From: Octopus vulgaris | Taxonomy: Eukaryota | Length of the DNA stretch: 64,000 nucleotides | Reading direction: 5' to 3' | NCBI GenBank assembly: GCA_951406725.2 | Contig: OX597819.1 | Span: 50,964,001-51,028,000 of the forward strand | Shown here: in pieces, positions 55,490-64,000 of the stretch | Position numbering within the stretch: position 1 is the first letter of the stretch | How the letters are laid out: each line of letters opens with the position of its first letter | Program-made: the position numbers and the translations under genes | The notes under the pieces: model-generated | Seen by the model: only the letters and a program-made list of their open reading frames with translations | Database searches by the model: none | Told to the model about the DNA's origin: nothing

Positions 55490-55975
55490 TCTTTATCTTT
55501 TAATGTTTTCAGTCGTTGGACTGTAGCCATGCTGGAGCACCGCCTTGAAGGGCTTAGTCATACAAATCGACCCCAGAACTTATTTTTAAGCCAAGGGCGT
55601 ATTCTCTCGGCCGCTTTTGCCAAAATGGTACGTTGCATTGACATGAACAAACCCACTCCGATTGTCAAATGGTGGTGGAGGAACATCACAAGCACAAATG
55701 CTTATATACTAATACAATTATATATATATATATATATATAGATATATATATATAGATATATATGTACACACACGCACACACACGCACACGCACATACACA
55801 CAAACACACAAACACGCGGACACACATATATCTGACAGGTTTCCATACGCTTTCCATCTACCAAATACATTAACAAGGCATTGGTCACCCTGAGTCTATA
55901 GTAGAAGACACTTGCCGAAAGTATCAAGCATTAGATCTGAACCCGAAACTTCTAGATTGCAGATCAAGCTTCTGG
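55490..55975 (-). mobile_element. SINE family A, highly diverged
   Basis: GCCATGCTGGAGCACCGCC and TAGTAGAAGACACTTGCC blocks. Confidence 0.7.
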
Positions 55976-56482
55976 TGCCGAAAATAAAGCAGAAGTGGCA
56001 TAGGTCGTTCAAATTGCACATGTTACTAGAGTAACATTTTTTTCTATAGTCATTTAGAGCTACCTACTTTAGAATACAAATCGCAGAGTTTGTGAAAACA
56101 TCGCCAACCATATATCATGTACGGTAATACTGATGAATTAACTAAAGCGGCGAGCTGGCAGAAACGTTCGCACACCAAGGGAAATGCTTTGTTAAATCAA
56201 AGGGAAATAACCACTGTAAACTTTCGATGTTAGTTTTACTTTTCAATACAGAGGAGGGACAGAGAGGTAGTGAGAGAGAAAGAGTCAGAGTGAGAAAGAA
56301 TGGGAGAGAGAGAGAGAGAGAGAGAGAGAGTGTGATGAAAGAAAATAAGTGTGTGTGTGTGTGAACGTGACATTCTGTGTGTGTTTCCAGAGAGATAGAT
56401 AGACACACGGATCTATACATATCTATACATACCTGTTGAGATATGTGTAAACTGTAAACCGGGAATGGGATTTTTATCTATA

Positions 56483-58095
56483 CAGTTGCGGTCAAAATGT
56501 TCAGAACGGCATTGTTTTCGTCAGAAAAGTAAATATAAGTTTTTATCAAAGTTGTTTTATATTCTATAATTTTCACAGACAATAAATACAATATTATTTG
56601 TTATTGTCTGAGATTTTGGTGTAATTTGAGAGGATAATACAAAAGTTGTGGATGATTTAGTGATTTACTGCAAAACCCATGGCGGCCAAAATGATCAGAA
56701 CGGTTGCTTTTACTCCATGTTTTAGTATATTTAACCAGCGAACTCTAATGTTTTGAATTTGTTTACGTGGCGGTTCATTTACTAAACACGCCTAAGAATA
56801 TCTGCAGTGTACTTTGTTAATATAATGCCACTTACTCCGTAACCAATTCGTCAGCAGATTATTAAGCTTCGAAAGAAGGATAATTTAAGTATTGCAAAGA
56901 TTGTTAACAAGTGTTGTCCACGGTATTATTAAGGTCTACGATGATTGTGGTTCGTGTGAAGCAAGAAAGTCTACAGGTAGGCCAAGAAAAACGACCAAGA
57001 CAGAAGATCGTGCTATGGTAAAGTTGGTTAAAAAGGACAGATTTAAAACTGCTGCTGCTGTTTCTCGGGAAATGAGCATTGTACTGAAGAAAGCTTTATC
57101 TCGAAAAACTGTGTCCCATCCTTTAGTTGAACATAACCTACAAACAAGAGCACCTGCAGTGAAGCCACTGATCAGCTCCAAGAATAAAAAGTGTCGTCTT
57201 ACCTTTGTAACCTAACATGTGTTGTGGTCTCAAGAAAAATGACAAATGGTGCATTTCAGTGATGAATCTAAGTTTATGTTATTTAGCTCAGATGGGAAAA
57301 GGTACGTTCGTCGAAAAGCAGGTGAAAATTTATCGCCTAAATGCCTTAAGACTAGTGTTAAATTCGGTGGAGGAAGTGTCATGGTTTGGGAGATGATATC
57401 TGGAGATGTTGTGGGCCCTTTGCTGCGATTACATGGAAAAGTAAATGCAGGAGTTTATAAACAACTTGTAAAAGATCATGTCTTGCTTGTGCTGAGAAAT
57501 TCAACTAAGCGACCACCCATATTCATGCAGGACAATGCCCCATGTCACAAGGCTAAGGTGGTCATGAACTTCCTCAAGGCTGAAAAGGTTATTGTTATGG
57601 ATTGGCCTGCTCAAAGCCCAGACCTCAATCCTATTGAAAATGTGTGGAATATTCTAGAAGAACGTTTGAAAGTCAGAAATCCTAAAACAACCGAGCAATT
57701 ATGGAATGCCCTTCAAGAAGAATGGAATAAGATCACCCAGCAAGAAATCGAAAATTTAATTTCCCCATGCAGTCGAAAATGTCAAACTTTGATTGAAGCC
57801 AAAGGGCTTCACACTAAATATGAAATAATTCCAGCATTCTCTGTCACTTTTTGATTATTTTGTTATTTTTTCAACCGTTCTGATCATTTTGGCCACCATG
57901 GATTTTGCAGTAAATCACTATATCATCGATAACTTTTGTATTATCCACTCAAATTACACCAAATTGTCAGACAATACTAATTAATATTGTATTTATTGTC
58001 TGTGAAAATTATAGAATATAAAACAACTGTACTAAAAACTTATACCTACTTTTCTGACAAAAACAATGCCGTTCTGAACAATTTGGCCGCAACTG
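56483..58095 (+). mobile_element. Full-length Tc1-like DD34E transposon with 224-bp IR/DR termini (transposase inactivated)
   Basis: TA TSDs; TIRs 56483-56706 / 57872-58095; transposase from ATG 56825 with a frameshift near 56890 and stops at ~57213 and ~57240; FSDESKF, QDNAPCH, SPDLNPIENVW with 34 residues between D and E. Confidence 0.95.
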
Positions 58096-58515
58096 TATAT
58101 CTAATGAAACAAATTTTGAAATTGAAATCATATGTTATAAAAAACGTAATCTGCTTCGGACAAATATATCTAATAAAATTTTTTAAAAACCCACAAATTT
58201 TGAAATTGAAATAAAATGTTACTCGAAATGTCGAGGTTTTTTTTTATCGCGGGTAATACTAACTTGCGCGGGTGCGCGCGTCCAGAAACAACGTGCGGTT
58301 GTTATGGTAACAAGCTGTTAATGCCTTGCTGTCTGTTGATGGGCTCAAATTTTCAAATAATTCCTAATAAAATCAGATTCTTAATTTACGAGATAACGTA
58401 ATTACCTGAGAATAATCAAAATTCAGAATTGCATCGATACACTAAAATTGAAAACAATCTGAGCAAAATTAAAGGGGGGTGATTTTGTGAGTGAAACATA
58501 GAAGATTCGAATTGC

Positions 58516-58950
58516 CTATAACAGTCCATGTCTAAAATTCATTCTGTTACTTTCTAACACAAACCTCAGTAATCTACAGAGAAAATTTGATGGAATACTT
58601 TTGTTTGACCACTTTTCGAAAGCATCCATGCATACCCCTTCATTGTGGTCAATATTGAGAGATAAGGACGAAACATCCATGATTACCAAAAACCTGTTCT
58701 CGACACGGCCTCGATGCTTAAAAAAGTTGTTGATTATAGACACAAAATCAAAAGTATCCCGAATGTAGGAACTTGATCTTTTTGCGACAGGGAGTAGAAA
58801 GACATCCACCCATTCCGAAATCTTGGCTGTGCAACATTCATATCCGCTGTAAATTGGGTGCATCGGAGGAAATCTTTCAAACATTTTGTGTATTTTAGGG
58901 AGACCATGAAATACAGGTATTCTTTCTGACCGTAAAAATCCTGGATTCGG
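58516..58950 (-). pseudogene. Penelope-like reverse transcriptase fragment
   Basis: IPVFHGLPKIHK..PPMHPIYSG..C.T..ISEWVD.FL.P....SYIRDTFDF...LVIMDVSSL..NIDH.EG. Confidence 0.85.
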
Positions 58951-58999
58951 CCTTGTTAAAGAAATTGCTTTACTCCATTTCCAGAATTATTTTGCCCAA

Positions 59000-59565
59000 G
59001 TTCCTTTCTGTAATTGGGACCACCAAAGCTAATAAACCAGATACTGATGTGAAAGACCAGAACAATAAAGTTTGTTTATTGATTTACATAAGCAATATCT
59101 TGATAAAAGAATTTGGTAAGCTCAGAAAATACAAAGATTTGCTGATTGAAATCGAAAAGATGTGGAATCTCAAGACGGTTACAGTACCAGTGATAGTAAG
59201 AGTACTTGGAATAGTCAACGAAGGAACTGAAAATTATTTGAGGATGATTCCTGGCTTACCATCCATGCAGGAAGTGCAAAAGATTGTCATAACTGGTATA
59301 TCACAAGTACTGAATAGAGCATTGTCGCAGTGAATTTTCTTTCTTTCCCCACCCCCTTTATTTTCTTTGTTGCCCTTTTTCAATTTTTATTTCTATATTT
59401 TTGTCCTTCTTCTCTGTCATTCTCCCCGTTTTTCTCTATCACATGTCTTTGTAAATGAACAATCTGGTGTCATTATTTTAACGGCCTACCAATATATACA
59501 GTGAGTTTCTCTGCCCTAGGTGTCAGGAAGACACTCGACAAGAAATGGAAATAGGATTGAAAGAT
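59000..59565 (+). mobile_element. R4/Dong 3' fragment (RLE + 3' UTR) followed by (TAA)n
   Basis: KANKPD..VKD...KEFGKLRKYKDLLIEIEKMWNLKTVTVPVIV. Confidence 0.85.
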
Positions 59566-59581
59566 GATGATGATAATAATA

Positions 59582-59651
<70 letters not shown>

Positions 59652-59661
59652 TAACAATAAC

Positions 59662-59708
<47 letters not shown>

Positions 59709-60303
59709 CAACAACAACTCAACAATAATACCAATAATAATATTAATAATCACAACAGCTGTCACTGTCCTTTCCTACTCAATGTAAACCACACCCTACA
59801 GCTTTGTATCTCGTTTCTTGTATCGTCCTCAACATCTTAGTCTCTCGTGACCAATAAAGAAATAAAATGAATAATTATTAATGCCACTGATTTTGTGGTT
59901 CTTGTTATTGTTTTAAAGTCTACTTAGTTTTCCCCATCCCTTTCCCTGCCCCTCTCCCTATCTCGTCACCTCCTCTGTCACCCTCCTCCTCCTCTTCTCT
60001 CCCTCGCCACCTCGCTCTGTCACTCTCCTTCTCTCTCAATCTTTCCATCTCTCCCACTTTCTTCCATTCTGGTACTCTGTGAAATTATTGAAATATCATG
60101 AGATGATAACCTTTTCCCTTTCCATAAGATCTGCCGGTTCACGTTTCCGCAATTCTGTTATTTTTTTAGATATTACTGATCAACATCTTTCCTTCTCTCT
60201 ATCTCCCCCCCTCTCTCTCTCTCCCTCTCTCCCTCTCTCTCCATCTCTCCCTCTCTCCCCTCTCTCTCCCTTTCTCTCCCCACTCTCTATCTGTTTATCC
60301 ATT

Positions 60304-60583
<280 letters not shown>

Positions 60584-61284
60584 CGTCTGTCTGTCCCTTG
60601 TCAGCCTCTATCGCTCTCGTTTTCTTTATTTCTATGTCTACATCACTTTTTCTGTGTCTTTCACAAAACACATAAATATGTCAACGAAACATATTTGTAA
60701 CACTAGCCACTTGCTCTTTAACTGTCTCACATAGACGACTTTTCTTTCAAATGTTTGACAATAGATATCGTAACAAAAACACCCATACATACAAACATAC
60801 CTATATACACACATGTGCGTCTATGCACTGATACATTCATAAACACAAATACACGCACACATACACACACACACTCTCCAACATAAACACATTGAAACGC
60901 ATACATAATACATACATACATACATGCATACATGCATGCATGCATGCATCCATACATACATACATATATATATACATACATACATATATGCATACATACA
61001 TGCATGCATGCATACAAGCATACATACATGCATGCATCATACATACATGCATGCATACATCCATCCATCCATACATACATGCTTACATACATACATACAT
61101 GCATACATACATGCATGCATCATACATACATACATACGCCCATACATAGCTACATACATACATACATCTTTACATACATACGTACTTGCATACATATATA
61201 CCCACATGCATGCATACATACGTACATGCATATATATACATAAAAGCATACAAATATAATACATACATACATACACATAGTGGC

Positions 61285-61490
61285 ACCTGTAACAAAACAC
61301 GGGCTACTAAAAATATTACAGCCGAATAAAGAAATTTTGGACCTCAGAACTCTCTGCTTTCAATAAAACAATGGCCCACAACGTATTTGCAGTGTCAATA
61401 CTCATACCCGCATTTGGGTAGCTTGATTGGATGCTTGATGAGATCCGAACCATTGATGTGAAAACCCGTAAAATACTAACGAGCACCTCC
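61285..61490 (+). pseudogene. Fragment of the second R4/Dong-like lineage
   Basis: KYYSRIKKFWTSELSAFNKTMAHNVFAV..LIPAFG*LDW..DEIR.IDVKTRKILT, homologous to 50540-50720; preceded by (TACA)-type repeats. Confidence 0.75.
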
Positions 61491-62058
61491 TCCCTACCTT
61501 CACCTTCCTCTTCAAATGATATTTGAAAAAAATTGATGAGGGCTTGACCAAATAGGAATATGCCTGTCTTCAAACCGTTCAGACGGGTCCATCACACAGC
61601 GTCTTTTGCTATAGCCACCAGGCAGAGAAAGATCTGCCTTCCTTCTCTGTTAAGTGAAGGTGCTGCGTCGATCTTCACTATATATATGGCAGACAGCTGA
61701 ATTCTTATTACACGCGGCAATAGTTGCCCCACACAAGCTTTCTAATACACGGACACTGAATTATTGGATATAGTACGGTTTCGTCGCCCTGCAAACATCT
61801 CGGGCATGTTTGGCTTTCGGCGCTTCTATGTCTGAAGAGCTTGTCTCGAATCGGCAATGCTCCTCTGTAGCACTGTCAAGTCAAACACTTTTGAAAATTT
61901 TCCATGATCTTCGACCCGAAGGTCTGGCAGAGACTACTCACACTGCTTTTGTCAATGCCTCGATTCAATCCTAGGCCATCATCGCTGATACCCTCAACTA
62001 ACCCTCTATAGAAACCTTGGGTCTATAGATGATGATAATGATGATGATGATGATGATG

Positions 62059-62090
<32 letters not shown>

Positions 62091-62439
62091 TGATGGTGGA
62101 ATTAATACTAAAAATAATAACAATTATTATCATTGCTGATGATGTTTTGTCGTTATGATCTGAAGCTTTTTGAATTGTAAATCTGTTTCTCATCAATCAA
62201 ACACAGATGAGAGAAACAGCGCGACAATATATAAGCAAAGATGTTATAAAACACAGCATAACATGATTAATCACTGAGACATGACTGGATGGTGAGAAAG
62301 CATTTGTAGATGCGTCACCATTCGTTTGTTCTATTATCACGCGCTGAAGACAAATCGTCGTATCAAAATGAATGCAGTTATGCGATAATCGGGGTAACGG
62401 TGGTGCAATATCTTTGACTTTAATACTGATGTAGTTAAT

Positions 62440-62657
62440 ATTAGTTTCAAATGTTTGCACAAGGCCAGGAACTTTTAGAGCTAAGTCGATAACATCGACC
62501 ACAGTGCTTAAACAGGTATTTTTTTATCGACCCCCTACCAAAGGATATAAAAGGCAAAGTCGATCCAATCGGAATTTGATGTCAGAACGTAAAGACGGAC
62601 GAAATGCCGTTAAGCATTTTGCCCGGTGTGCTAACGACTCTGCCTACTCACCGCCCG
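62440..62657 (-). mobile_element. SINE family C, diverged
   Basis: AAAGGCAAAGTCGA..CAGAACGTAAAGACGGACGAAATGCCG. Confidence 0.75.
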
Positions 62658-63049
62658 CTGATATTGTTAATAGACAGTATTGTTAATTATATATATTATG
62701 ATTACAGGGTCTTTTCCAATAACAACAATACAAAAAGTATATCATCCTTACAACGGTTTTTGTGCATTTACAGAGAATACCGAAATGTCTTACACAGGAT
62801 CTTGTATTTAGGACTTCCCAATAAGTTATGAATACCCAAACTGTGAAGTCAGGTATGTAATAACATGAAATTAGTTACCCGATAGTAGGAATTCAAATAA
62901 TGTAGCTTCGAAAAGGGCTTTAATGCGTTCCCAGAGTATATAGAACATAGGAGGAAATACTAATAAGTTATGTATACTAAAATCGTGGCGCATGTTACAT
63001 AATAACAATTCAAAGTAAATAATTTTGAAAAGGGCTTTTGTGCGTTCCC

Positions 63050-63455
63050 AGAGAATATTACCCTCAGGGGCGCTAGCGTTCGTATATTCGTGAATAATTC
63101 ACTAACCTAAATAAGTGGATCTATTGTTTAGGAAAATACTATTTACTTGTTTACGGGTTATGCTGTATAAATTGCAAAAATAGCTCTAACAGTTGAAATA
63201 CTAAGAAATAAGCACACTCGATTTAATTTTATATAAGGAAATTATATATAAAGAAATTATATATAAGAAAATTATATATAAGGATCCCTTTCAGGGGACC
63301 TCTTATCGATCTTTTCAACAATCTGAGTATGTCATGAAGTTTCCAGACATGAGTTCTACTCACGTGTCAAGTTTCATCAAAATCGATAAAACGATATAGG
63401 AGTTAGCTAACAACTCCACAAACACACCCACAGACAGAATTTCCATATATATATT
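63050..63455 (-). mobile_element. Helitron-type remnant
   Basis: Minus strand shares CGATT.TGATGAAACTTGACAC with the Helitron at 4875-5264; termini unclear. Confidence 0.45.
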
Positions 63456-64000
63456 ACCAAATGAATAAGTAACGGACGATACAATCGTTAATATAGTACG
63501 TATGTATATATACGTCAATGTGTGTGTGTGCGTACGTATAACGTATACATATATTAGTGTATATATATATAAATAAATGTATTTATATATACATATATAT
63601 ACATATATGTACATATACATAGATACGTGCGTACATACGTAGATACATGCGTACGCACGTACATGCATAAGTACATGAATATGTAGGCATAAATTACTCT
63701 TTAGTCACATGTAAATACGAAAATATGTTTAAATGTTTGTTTTTGTTATTGTTTGTCGTTGTGCGTATTTGGATAGGAAATGCATCCATTTGCTCGCGCA
63801 AATGTTTGCGTGTGCACAATTTTTCTGTTCTTGTGTCTGTTTGTCTCTCTCTAATACTCTCTCACTCTCTCTATCTGTGCGTGTGAGCGTGTGTGTGTGT
63901 GTGTTTGTACGCACACAATCATAATCATAATACACACACACACACATAATCATATATGTACATATTATATATCTATGTGTGTATACATATACAGACTTAC

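Noticed and set aside
55416-55495. CTGATAAGG...GAAAC and CTGATGACTGAAAC hammerhead-like strings
   Set aside because: No convincing helix I, II or III pairing
58298-58311. X-box-like GTTGTTATGGTAAC
   Set aside because: Imperfect match inside a probable transposon-derived segment (58100-58506)

Overview
Eukaryotic, AT-rich, microsatellite-saturated, apparently intronic or intergenic DNA. The repeat landscape suggests an octopus/cephalopod genome (inference, not tested). No host protein-coding exon, rRNA, true tRNA or CRISPR array could be supported, and most listed ORFs are microsatellite artefacts. All recognisable coding sequence is transposon-derived: R4/Dong-type RLE retrotransposons in (TAA)n and (TACA)n tracts, a decayed RTE with C-terminal C2H2 fingers, an RTE-X derivative, a CR1/L2-group remnant, a Penelope-like RT fragment, a full-length IR/DR Tc1 (DD34E) and other Tc1/mariner remnants. 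There are also hAT, piggyBac-like and mariner MITEs, Helitron-type elements and three tRNA-derived SINE families. The most notable signal is a dense set of type I hammerhead-ribozyme motifs, found by manual pairing, in at least six sequence-unrelated short modules. These usually sit in (TA)n tracts, have self-complementary helix III (dimer-cleaving design) and often form fold-back inverted repeats, consistent with Penelope-like pLTR mini-elements. Two candidate cis-regulatory motifs stand out in unique DNA: a double DR4 (TAAGGTC x3) and a perfect RFX X-box.
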